NCBI GenBank assembly: GCA_016182365.1
Contig: JACOXO010000014.1
Span: 2,294-66,293, forward strand
Reading direction: 5' to 3'
Origin: Candidatus Gottesmanbacteria bacterium
GTDB lineage: Bacteria; Patescibacteriota; Microgenomatia; JACOXO01
Length of the DNA stretch: 64,000 nucleotides
In this document: positions 51,020-59,929 of the stretch, piece by piece
Numbering within the stretch: the stretch's first letter is position 1
Layout of the letters: each line of letters opens with the position of its first letter
Position numbers and translations under genes: made by a program
The notes under the pieces: model-generated
The model's input: the letters and a program-made list of their open reading frames with translations, nothing else
Databases searched by the model: none
Told to the model about the DNA's origin: nothing

Positions 51020-51169
51020 CCCGAAAGCATAAAGCGATCGGGCTTTTTGTTGCAAGAGTTAACGAGCCGCCAGCCGGCGGAGAGTTTTACTTTTGCAACA
51101 TCCTCCTAAAATCGCACCGTGAGCCGTGTTCGAATGAACTGAAAAGGCGAACGGGAAGATTAGGAGGAT
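51020..51169 (+). promoter_or_regulatory. Structured pyrG leader: 5' hairpin CCCGA-N13-TCGGG+CTTTTT, second hairpin CCGCC-AGCC-GGCGG+T-rich, and a 10-nt anti-SD AUCCUCCUAA exactly complementary to the pyrG RBS UUAGGAGGAU
   Basis: All elements read directly (51020-51048, 51067-51095, 51100-51109 versus 51160-51169). Confidence 0.5.
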
Positions 51170-51182
51170 AACATAAAAACAC

Positions 51183-52913
51183 ATGACAACAAAGTATATT
51201 TTTGTATCGGGTGGAGTAATATCTGGCCTTGGTAAAGGAATTTCTGCTGCCTCTATAGCCTTTCTTCTTAAAAACAGCGGTTTTAGAGTAGTTCCCATAA
51301 AATTCGAAAATTATCTCAATCTTGACGCCGGGATTATAAATCCAATTGAACACGGTGATCCGTTTTTATGCGAGGACGGTACTGAAGCAGACATGGATCT
51401 GGGAACTTATGAGAAATTTTTAGATCAGAATATGACCAGAAAGAACTTTGTCACTATGGGCCTTATTTACAAAACCGTAATTGAAAAAGAAAGGGCATTT
51501 GAATACAAAGGAGAAGATGTTGAGGCAATACCCCATATTACAGATGAAATATTTAGAAGAATTGAGATAGCCAGAAGAGACAATAACGCAGAAATAGTCA
51601 TAGTTGAGTTAGGCGGAACTGCAGGAGAATATCAAAACATTCTGTATTACGAAGCATCTCGTCTTCTTGCACTTAGAAATCCTGGATCAGTAGTGCATGT
51701 TCATGTGTCATACCTTCCCACCCCTCCGCATTTAGGGGAGCCGAAGACAAAACCAACACAGTTATCAGTTAAGTTTTTAAACACCATGGGAATTCAGCCG
51801 GATTTTATTGTTGCTAGAGCCGAAAAACCATTAGATAAGAGAAGAAGAGAAAGGTTTGCCCTGTTTTGTAATTTAAATGCCGACCATATTATTTCAAGCC
51901 CTGACGTATCACATGTTTATGAGGTACCTCTGCAATACTTAGAGCAGGATTTTCATAAAAAAATAATGAAGGCTCTTGGTCTTCCACAAAAATCACCTGA
52001 CCTTTCAAATTGGAAAAAACTGGTTGAGAGGATTAAATCCAAAAAAGACAAAGTTATTGAAATTGCAATTGTCGGCAAGTACTTCAAAACAGGCGAGTAT
52101 CAGCTAAGAGATTCATACGCAGCACTATTTGACGCTTTAGATCATGCTGCTTGGGCAAATAATGTCGCTATACAAACTAGATGGATCGATGCGGAAAAAG
52201 TAGAGTCCGCCGTCGCTAAAGCTATGGCGGATAAAAAAGATTTAAGTTATGCAATTACCGAATTAATCGGTAAACCCGAGGGGATTATTGTTCCTATCGG
52301 TTGGGGTCCAAGAGGTGCAGAGGGGATGATTATGGCTGCAAGTTACGGGCGAAAAAAACAGATTCCCTATTTAGGTTTATGTTATGGAATGCAGCTTGCA
52401 GCAGTTGCCTTTGCCAGAGATATTTTGGGATTACCTAAGGCCAATACTACTGAAAATGCAAAGAATACTCCTGATCCTATTATTCAGCTGATGCCGGCTC
52501 AGAAAGATATTATGAAAAGAAGAGCTTACGGAGGGACGATGAGACTAGGCAGCTGGGATGCCATTGTCAAAAAAGGAACAATAGCGTACACTGCTTATGA
52601 AAAGAATGGTAAATTTATTGACAAGAATAAAGGGTTAACAAGCGAAAGACACAGACATAGATATGAATTTAATGATAAATATGCTCATGATTTTGAGAAA
52701 AACGGTATGACAATTTCTGCCCGATCAGTAGTTGAAAAACTTGCCGAAATAATTGAATTGCCTCGCAATTCCCACCCTTTCTATCTAGGTACCCAGGGTC
52801 ATCCAGAGTATAAATCTAGACCACTAGATCCACACCCTTTATTTATTGAATTTATTGCGGCTTGCAAGGGCAATAAATCCAGCACCTCTGCAGCTAAGGT
52901 GCTGGATAAATAA
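51183..52913 (+). CDS. pyrG: CTP synthase
   Basis: N-terminal synthetase domain (IFVSGGVISGLGKG), C-terminal GATase (GLCYGMQ with catalytic Cys, GTQGHPEY); 576 aa. Confidence 0.95.
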   Translation: MTTKYIFVSGGVISGLGKGISAASIAFLLKNSGFRVVPIKFENYLNLDAGIINPIEHGDPFLCEDGTEADMDLGTYEKFLDQNMTRKNFVTMGLIYKTVIEKERAFEYKGEDVEAIPHITDEIFRRIEIARRDNNAEIVIVELGGTAGEYQNILYYEASRLLALRNPGSVVHVHVSYLPTPPHLGEPKTKPTQLSVKFLNTMGIQPDFIVARAEKPLDKRRRERFALFCNLNADHIISSPDVSHVYEVPLQYLEQDFHKKIMKALGLPQKSPDLSNWKKLVERIKSKKDKVIEIAIVGKYFKTGEYQLRDSYAALFDALDHAAWANNVAIQTRWIDAEKVESAVAKAMADKKDLSYAITELIGKPEGIIVPIGWGPRGAEGMIMAASYGRKKQIPYLGLCYGMQLAAVAFARDILGLPKANTTENAKNTPDPIIQLMPAQKDIMKRRAYGGTMRLGSWDAIVKKGTIAYTAYEKNGKFIDKNKGLTSERHRHRYEFNDKYAHDFEKNGMTISARSVVEKLAEIIELPRNSHPFYLGTQGHPEYKSRPLDPHPLFIEFIAACKGNKSSTSAAKVLDK

Positions 52914-52915
52914 CT

Positions 52916-54421
52916 ATGTTGTACGAAAAGTGCGGTATTGTAGGTATTTATAGTCCTACATTATTTCATATGCTACCACATGCCTTGACTGCAGCTGGAG
53001 GAGTACAGCATAGGGGTCAACAGGGTACAGGTATAGCAATTAAAACCAAAGAAAAAATAATCACCTACAAAAGCAACGGCCTTATTAAGCAGGTTTTTTC
53101 AACCAATATCATCAATAGACTAGATAAGCCAGCAGATTGGGTTTTGGTCCATTGCCGCTATGGCACTTACGGCAACTACGCCCGGGCAAATCTCCAGCCA
53201 TGTATCGTAAAAACAAAAGACAACGACACTCTGGCTGTCATCCACAACGGTGAGTTTGCGGCAACCAACGATTTTATCTCAGTTCTCAAGAATAAAACAA
53301 AAAAAAGACTTAAAAAAGGATTAAGTGATACCTATTTATTTAGTTTAGTTCTGGGTTTATCACAAGGAGTGAATTGGGATGAAAAAATAATAAATTGCCT
53401 AAAAAATGTCAAAGGTGCTTACAGTTTAATTATTGGAGTTAACGGAAGCATTTATCTGGCCAGGGACAAATTTGGCATTAGGCCGTTAATATTTGGGAAA
53501 ATAAAAGATGGGTATCTTGCGGCATCTGAAACGCATGCATTTTCAAAAATCGGCGCAACAGTGACAAGAGAAGTGGGGAAAGGCGAGATTGTAAGAATAG
53601 ATAAAAGAGGTCCGGTTAGCATCCAAAAAGAATCCGGCAGAAAATCTCATTTTTGCGATTTTGAATGGGCATATTTTAGCAGGCCGGAATCTCGCTATCC
53701 AACAACTGGTCAACAGAATAATAAAAAACCATCTGAGTGGTTATCAGTTAGCTTATTTAGGGAAAGAAGTGGTGCAATTTTAGCTAGTGAACATCCCTTT
53801 CCTGAAGCTTCTTTTGTTGTTGGTATTCCTGATTCAGGAATATCTTTGGGTACCGGATACGCAAATACACTAAGACTTCCCTACCGTCAAGCAGTTGTCA
53901 GGGATCATTTTGACAGAAATGGTCAGGACAGGTTATTTATGAGAGATGATGAAATGAGAAAAATCAGCAAAAAAGTACTTGGTAAACTATCACTTATAAT
54001 TGACGCCCGAATCTGGAAAGAGGCAGTTGTAGTCGTTGCCGACGATTCAATTGTCAGAGGTAATGTATCCTCAGAAGTAACCAGAGCAATTTTTTCCATG
54101 GGAGCCAAAGAAGTCCACTGGATAATTGGTTTTCCCGCAATTGCGCACAAATGTCATCTTGGGGTAAGTATCAGAAGCGGGGAGGAGTTAATTGCCACAA
54201 GACATAAGTCAGATCCAGTTAAAATTGCCAAAGAACTTGGAGCAACCAGCATTTACTATATTAGCAATATCGGGTTTATAAAAGCCAGGCTTTTGGGAAA
54301 GAAGTTTGTAAATACTACTGATCCAAAAAAAGCTTTTCTGGAAAATGGTGGATGCGGAGGCTGTATTACCGGATTATATCCAGTTACTCAAGATGGAGTA
54401 GAGTATGAAAAAAGCTCTTAG
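52916..54421 (+). CDS. purF: Amidophosphoribosyltransferase
   Basis: Ntn-hydrolase start MLYEKCGIVGIY (Cys immediately after processed Met region), PRTase domain with DDSIVRGN; 501 aa. Confidence 0.9.
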   Translation: MLYEKCGIVGIYSPTLFHMLPHALTAAGGVQHRGQQGTGIAIKTKEKIITYKSNGLIKQVFSTNIINRLDKPADWVLVHCRYGTYGNYARANLQPCIVKTKDNDTLAVIHNGEFAATNDFISVLKNKTKKRLKKGLSDTYLFSLVLGLSQGVNWDEKIINCLKNVKGAYSLIIGVNGSIYLARDKFGIRPLIFGKIKDGYLAASETHAFSKIGATVTREVGKGEIVRIDKRGPVSIQKESGRKSHFCDFEWAYFSRPESRYPTTGQQNNKKPSEWLSVSLFRERSGAILASEHPFPEASFVVGIPDSGISLGTGYANTLRLPYRQAVVRDHFDRNGQDRLFMRDDEMRKISKKVLGKLSLIIDARIWKEAVVVVADDSIVRGNVSSEVTRAIFSMGAKEVHWIIGFPAIAHKCHLGVSIRSGEELIATRHKSDPVKIAKELGATSIYYISNIGFIKARLLGKKFVNTTDPKKAFLENGGCGGCITGLYPVTQDGVEYEKSS

Positions 54422-56321
54422 ACTGGCAATATTAATATCAGGCAGCGGCACAACAATGGAAGCGATTATTAAAGCTTGTAAATTTGGCAAGCTTAAAGAA
54501 AAAATCGATCCAGTTGTTGTTATATCAAGTAATTCTGCAGCTTTAGGTATTGAAAAAGCAAAGAAACTGGGAATAAAAGTTGAGGTTGTTAAAAATAGGA
54601 AAAATCTTCTAAAGACTTTAAAAAAATACAAACCTGATATTGTTTCTCAAAATGGCTGGCTGCCGCTTACTCCCATAGATGTTATCAGGGCTTATAAAAA
54701 TAGGATTTATAATCAGCACCCTGCTCCTTTAGATCCTAAAAATCATTTACATTTCGGAGGTAAAGGTATGTATGGACTGGCAGTGCATGCGAAAATATTG
54801 GATTTTCAAAAAAGGGCTGGCAGAAATTTTCCAACAGAGGCTACAATCCACAGAGTATCTAAGGAATTTGATACCGGAGAGGTCATTGCACGAAAGCAAG
54901 TACCTGTTTATATGTCTGATACACCAGAGATTCTGGCAAAAAGAGTTTTGCCCATTGAACATAAACTTTTTATCGATTTTCTTGATAGAGAGTACAAAGG
55001 ATTAAATAAAGTACAAACAAGAAAATCAACTCTTATAAAAAAAGGTGAGGAAGAATTTCTATATCCCCATAAAGTTCTAATTCTTGGAACTGGCGGTAGA
55101 GAAGACGCGCTGCGGTGGAAATTAAAACAATCACCATATATTGATAAAGTATATATTTCCAAAGACTTAGAGGTTGATATAAATAATCCCAAAAGCGTTT
55201 TGAAAACCTGTGGCGAATTAGGAATAACTTTTGTTGTTGTAGGGAGTGATGAACCAGCTCAGCATGGAGTAGTTGACTATCTTATAAAAGAAAAAATAGA
55301 GGTATTTGGTCCAACTAAAAAAGCAGCAATTATCGAAGGAAGTAAGGTTTTTTCTGATAAGTTTGTCAAAAGACACAAAATTCCCCATCCTTCCTCAAAA
55401 ACTTTTTCGTCCTATAAGAGTGCTTTAAAGTTTTTAAACAGTGATATTGCTTGGATTAAAAATGGGGTGGTTATAAAAGCAGATGGATTGGCTCTTGGTA
55501 AAGGAGCAGTTGTTTGTGATACAACCTCTAAGGCCAAAGAGGTTCTTAAAAATATAATGGTTGATAAACAATTCGCCAATGCTGGTTCTAAGGTGGTTAT
55601 TCAGCAAAAACTAAAGGGATTTGAGGTCTCAGTTACAGTAATTTCTGATGGTAAAAATTACTTAGTTCTACCATTTACTGAAGATCACAAACAGGCATAC
55701 GACCGTGATTTAGGCCCAAATACAGGCGGAATGGGTGTGGTTGCACCCCATCCCTTGGTAAATAAAAAACTGGCAGATAAAATAATTAAAAAAATAGTTA
55801 AACCAACAATTAACGGACTTAGGAGAGAAGGCAGAGAATTTAAAGGAGTGTTATACCCTGGTCTTATGATAGTTGATGGGAATCCTTATGTATTGGAATA
55901 CAACGCCAGATTCGGCGATCCCGAAACAGAAGCTCTTGTTCCACTAATAGATAATATTGATTTTTTCAAACTACTTCAGTCTGCATCAGCTGGCAGGTTG
56001 ATAAAAACTGGATTGTTGAATGTAAACAAAGCCAGTGTTGTAGTGACTTTGGCCTCAAAAGGCTACCCGGGTTCTTATACTAAAGGTATCACTATTTTTG
56101 GGTTGGATTCTCTCCTTGCCAATGATGTTCATATATTTAAAGCTGGAGTTAAAAAAACAGATAAAGGATATCAGACCTCAGGCGGAAGGGTATTAATGGT
56201 ATGTGTGGTGTCTAATTCCCTGGATAATGCACGCAAAAAAGTGTATAAGTTCATAACGAATAAAGGTGTATATTTTTCCGGTATGGAATATCGAACTGAC
56301 ATAGGAGGGAGGATAAGATGA
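54405..56321 (+). CDS. purN-purD: Bifunctional fusion: GAR formyltransferase (PurN, N-terminal ~200 aa) fused to phosphoribosylamine--glycine ligase (PurD, C-terminal ~430 aa)
   Basis: N-terminal LAILISGSGTTMEAII...YNQHPAPL (PurN motifs); C-terminal KVLILGTGGREDALRWKL and ATP-grasp region (PurD motifs); single 638-aa ORF with no stop between. Confidence 0.8.
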   Translation: MKKALRLAILISGSGTTMEAIIKACKFGKLKEKIDPVVVISSNSAALGIEKAKKLGIKVEVVKNRKNLLKTLKKYKPDIVSQNGWLPLTPIDVIRAYKNRIYNQHPAPLDPKNHLHFGGKGMYGLAVHAKILDFQKRAGRNFPTEATIHRVSKEFDTGEVIARKQVPVYMSDTPEILAKRVLPIEHKLFIDFLDREYKGLNKVQTRKSTLIKKGEEEFLYPHKVLILGTGGREDALRWKLKQSPYIDKVYISKDLEVDINNPKSVLKTCGELGITFVVVGSDEPAQHGVVDYLIKEKIEVFGPTKKAAIIEGSKVFSDKFVKRHKIPHPSSKTFSSYKSALKFLNSDIAWIKNGVVIKADGLALGKGAVVCDTTSKAKEVLKNIMVDKQFANAGSKVVIQQKLKGFEVSVTVISDGKNYLVLPFTEDHKQAYDRDLGPNTGGMGVVAPHPLVNKKLADKIIKKIVKPTINGLRREGREFKGVLYPGLMIVDGNPYVLEYNARFGDPETEALVPLIDNIDFFKLLQSASAGRLIKTGLLNVNKASVVVTLASKGYPGSYTKGITIFGLDSLLANDVHIFKAGVKKTDKGYQTSGGRVLMVCVVSNSLDNARKKVYKFITNKGVYFSGMEYRTDIGGRIR

Positions 56322-59158
56322 TAACCAGAATTGAAATTTCGTCTATCGACTCTGATTTTATAACCGTTTATACAATTGATAAAAAACTCTCTTCACAGCA
56401 AATATCTCAAATTGCTGATATTTTAACAAATCCTGTTAGCCAAAAAGCTAGTATCAATAAACAATCAAAGACAAATAAGTTTTTGTATGCTTATGAAATA
56501 GGTTTTTTGCCTGGAGTAACTGACAATATTGCCAATACCAGCAAAGAAATAATTGAAGATAAGTTAAAAAACAAATTCCGTCCAGGTGAAGGAGTATATA
56601 GTTCAAAATTATTTTTCGCAACTAGTAAACCTGACTCTTCAAAACTAATCAATCCGCTTATTCAAAGAATCCACATTAAATCCAAAAAAGATTATTTAAA
56701 AAATAAAGGGATGGATAAAATTGTCCCCAAAGTCAATCTTTCTGGCAAACTAAAAGTAGATTTAGTTGATTTGAATGTTTCTGATGAGGAGCTAACAGAA
56801 ATTGGAAAGTCGGGAATTAAAGACAAGAATGGTACACGAAGAGGGCCTTTGGCTTTGGATTTGACATATATGAAAACTATTGCCAAATATTTTAAAAAGC
56901 ATAAAAGAAAACCGACAGATGTTGAGTTAGAATCAATAGCTCAGACGTGGTCGGAGCACTGTAAACATACAATATTTGCTGATCCTATTGATGAAATTAA
57001 AGAAGGACTATTTAAAACCTATATTAAGGGAGCCACGGTTAAGATTAATAAACCATTTTGCGTTTCAGTGTTTACAGACAATTCTGGCGCAATTGAATTT
57101 GATAAAGATTATTTAATTACCCACAAAGTTGAGACCCACAACAGCCCTTCAGCTCTGGACCCATTTGGCGGAGCAATTACAGGAATTGTTGGAGTTAACA
57201 GGGATGCTATTGGTTTTGGATTAGGCGCAAAACCAATTGTTAATACCTATGGTTTTTGTTTTGCTCCGCCTGCTTTGGATAAGAAAGTAATTTTGTATAA
57301 AGATAAAAATCTTTCAAATAAAATGCTTCCTCCATTAAAAATTTTGCAAGGTGTTGTTGATGGAGTTAATAGTGGTGGAAACTGTTCAGGTATCCCAACA
57401 ACTCAAGGATTTTTAGTTTTTGATAATAGATTTGCTGGAAAACCATTAGTATTTGTTGGAACCGTGGGGCTTATACCCAAAAATGCTTACCGTAAAAAAG
57501 CGCAAAAAGGAGATTATATTGTAATGGTTGGAGGAAGAGTAGGGCAGGACGGGATTCATGGCGCAACATTTTCCTCAGAAGCTTTAGACTCAGGGAGTCC
57601 GGCAACAGCAGTACAAATCGGTGACCCAATTACTCAGAAAAAATTATCAGACGCGTTAATTAAAGAGGCAAGAAAACTTAATTTATATAACTCAATTACA
57701 GATAATGGTGCTGGGGGACTTTCCTGTAGTGTTGCTGAGATGGCTAAAGAATGCGGCGGTTGTATAGTTGAGTTAGACAAAGTACCTCTTAAATATCCTG
57801 GTCTTGAGCCTTGGAAAATCTGGATATCTGAATCTCAGGAGAGAATGACCTTGGCAGTACCAGCCAAAGAATGGAAAAAGTTTTATAATCTTATGAGAAA
57901 ACGGGGCGTTGAAGCAACAGTAATTGGTGAATTTAACGATTCAGGTAGATGTGTTGTTGATTATAAGGGAAAGCGGGTTATGGATATTGATATGCAGTTT
58001 TTGCATTATGGTCTTCCGAAAAGGCCAATGAAAACAGTTAAGGATGATGTGGTTCTGAAAGAACCAAAACTGGCAAAAGTAAATAATCTTACTAGTGTCC
58101 TTAACAATATGCTATCAAGGTTAAATATCTGCGGTTATGAATTTATTTCCAAACAATATGACCACGAAGTTCAGGCATCCTCGGTTTTAAAACCGCTTGC
58201 AGGCAAAAGGAGAATAAATACTGAAGTTACAGCTGTAAGACCAAGATTAGATTCCAATAAAGCTGTTATTTTGTCTCAAGGGATACTGCCATTTTATAGT
58301 GATATCGATACCTATCATATGGCATCCTCATCAATTGATACGGCAATAAGAAATGTTGTTGCAGCAGGAGGAGATCCCAATACTATTGCTCTTCTTGATA
58401 ATTTTTGCTGGTGCAGTTCCAATGATTCATATAGACTTTATCAGTTAAAGCAGGCTGCAAAGGCCTGCAGCGATTATTCGCTCCTGTATAAAACGCCGTT
58501 TATTTCAGGTAAAGATAGCATGTTTAATGATTTTAAAGGTTATGATAAACAGGGTAAACCGATAAAAATATCAATTCCCCCGACGCTTCTTATATCCTCA
58601 ATCTGCGTTATTGATAATTATTTAAAAGTTGTATCGATAGATGTTAAGTTTCCCGGAGATCTAGTTTATATTCTCGGCGATACTTATAACGAATTAGGCG
58701 CATCAGAATATTTTTCAATGCTGGGATATATTGGCAATTGCGTTCCTAAAATAGATGCGATTAAAAACAGAAAATTATATAACCAGTTTTACAAAGCTGT
58801 AAAAAATAATTTAGTGGCATCAGCTATCAGCGTTGGAAGGGGAGGATTTGGAGTAGCTTTAGCTAAAACAGCAATGTCTGGTAATTTAGGCATGGATATC
58901 TCTTTGGGTAAACTTCCGGGTAAATTTACAAGAGATGAGTTTGCATTATTTTCTGAATCACAAGGAAGGACTATTGCAACAGTTGCACCTCAAAATAAAA
59001 AAATGTTTGAGAAATTATTTAAAGGATTAAGTATTGCGCTTATTGGGAAAGTTACCTCTAATAAAAATATCATAATAAATGTTGGTAAGAAAAAAATTGT
59101 CGATCTGTCTTTACAAACAGCTTTAAAATCATATAAATCCAATTTTAAAAATTTGTGA
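56318..59158 (+). CDS. purL: FGAM synthase PurL with ~180-aa N-terminal extension (possibly PurS-like)
   Basis: WSEHCKHTIF motif appears at about residue 212, versus about residue 35 in small PurL; two PurM-like repeats follow; separate purQ downstream; 946 aa. Confidence 0.8.
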   Translation: MITRIEISSIDSDFITVYTIDKKLSSQQISQIADILTNPVSQKASINKQSKTNKFLYAYEIGFLPGVTDNIANTSKEIIEDKLKNKFRPGEGVYSSKLFFATSKPDSSKLINPLIQRIHIKSKKDYLKNKGMDKIVPKVNLSGKLKVDLVDLNVSDEELTEIGKSGIKDKNGTRRGPLALDLTYMKTIAKYFKKHKRKPTDVELESIAQTWSEHCKHTIFADPIDEIKEGLFKTYIKGATVKINKPFCVSVFTDNSGAIEFDKDYLITHKVETHNSPSALDPFGGAITGIVGVNRDAIGFGLGAKPIVNTYGFCFAPPALDKKVILYKDKNLSNKMLPPLKILQGVVDGVNSGGNCSGIPTTQGFLVFDNRFAGKPLVFVGTVGLIPKNAYRKKAQKGDYIVMVGGRVGQDGIHGATFSSEALDSGSPATAVQIGDPITQKKLSDALIKEARKLNLYNSITDNGAGGLSCSVAEMAKECGGCIVELDKVPLKYPGLEPWKIWISESQERMTLAVPAKEWKKFYNLMRKRGVEATVIGEFNDSGRCVVDYKGKRVMDIDMQFLHYGLPKRPMKTVKDDVVLKEPKLAKVNNLTSVLNNMLSRLNICGYEFISKQYDHEVQASSVLKPLAGKRRINTEVTAVRPRLDSNKAVILSQGILPFYSDIDTYHMASSSIDTAIRNVVAAGGDPNTIALLDNFCWCSSNDSYRLYQLKQAAKACSDYSLLYKTPFISGKDSMFNDFKGYDKQGKPIKISIPPTLLISSICVIDNYLKVVSIDVKFPGDLVYILGDTYNELGASEYFSMLGYIGNCVPKIDAIKNRKLYNQFYKAVKNNLVASAISVGRGGFGVALAKTAMSGNLGMDISLGKLPGKFTRDEFALFSESQGRTIATVAPQNKKMFEKLFKGLSIALIGKVTSNKNIIINVGKKKIVDLSLQTALKSYKSNFKNL

Positions 59159-59928
59159 GAAAGCCAAAGGTTATTGTACTTTCTGGATACGGTTTAAATT
59201 GTGAAGAGGAAACTAAATTTGCTTTTGATATAGCAGGTGCAAAAACTGATATTGTTCACATTAATGATCTTATTGACAAAACATATTCTTTAAAGAATTA
59301 TCAGGTTATCGCAATTCCGGGAGGTTTTTCTTACGGAGACGATACAGGGAGCGGCAATGCCTACGCTCTTAAGTTAAAAAACCATCTCTGGGAAGATATT
59401 TTAAATTTTATAGAAAAAGACACTCTTGTAATTGGGATTTGCAACGGTTTTCAGATTTTAGTAAGACTGGGTATTTTCGCTAATGTTGCACTGACACATA
59501 ACACTAAACCGAGGTATTTAAACAGGTGGGTGGATTTAGAAATAACAAATGATTCTCCATGGCTTAGTCGTATTGATAAGCTTTCTCTCCCAATTGCCCA
59601 CGGAGAGGGTAGATTTTATGCATCAAAACAGGTTTTGGATAAACTAACAACAAAAAAAATGATAGCTTTAGAATATGTTAAAGGCGAAATGTGTCAGTAT
59701 CAAAATTTGCAAGCTAACCCTAATGGTTCAATGAGAAATATTGCCGGAATTACAGATGAGACGGGAAGAATTTTAGGTTTAATGCCCCATCCGGAAAGAG
59801 GTATGTTTTTTAGTCAAAGACCAGATTTTCCCTTGCTTAAAGAAAAATATTTACGGGAAAGAAGAAAACTTCCAGAGACGGTTGATGGAATTAAAATTTT
59901 TCAAAACGCTGTAAACTACTTCAGATAA
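59155..59928 (+). CDS. purQ: FGAM synthase glutaminase subunit PurQ
   Basis: Class I GATase with GICNGFQIL catalytic Cys and HGEGRF His; 257 aa. Confidence 0.9.
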   Translation: MRKPKVIVLSGYGLNCEEETKFAFDIAGAKTDIVHINDLIDKTYSLKNYQVIAIPGGFSYGDDTGSGNAYALKLKNHLWEDILNFIEKDTLVIGICNGFQILVRLGIFANVALTHNTKPRYLNRWVDLEITNDSPWLSRIDKLSLPIAHGEGRFYASKQVLDKLTTKKMIALEYVKGEMCQYQNLQANPNGSMRNIAGITDETGRILGLMPHPERGMFFSQRPDFPLLKEKYLRERRKLPETVDGIKIFQNAVNYFR

Positions 59929-59929
59929 T

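Noticed and set aside
50890-51353. ORFs 50890-51171 (+), 51059-51298 (-), 51087-51353 (-)
   Set aside because: They overlap the structured pyrG leader and the pyrG N-terminus. There is no RBS, and the highly conserved CTP synthase reading frame explains the region.
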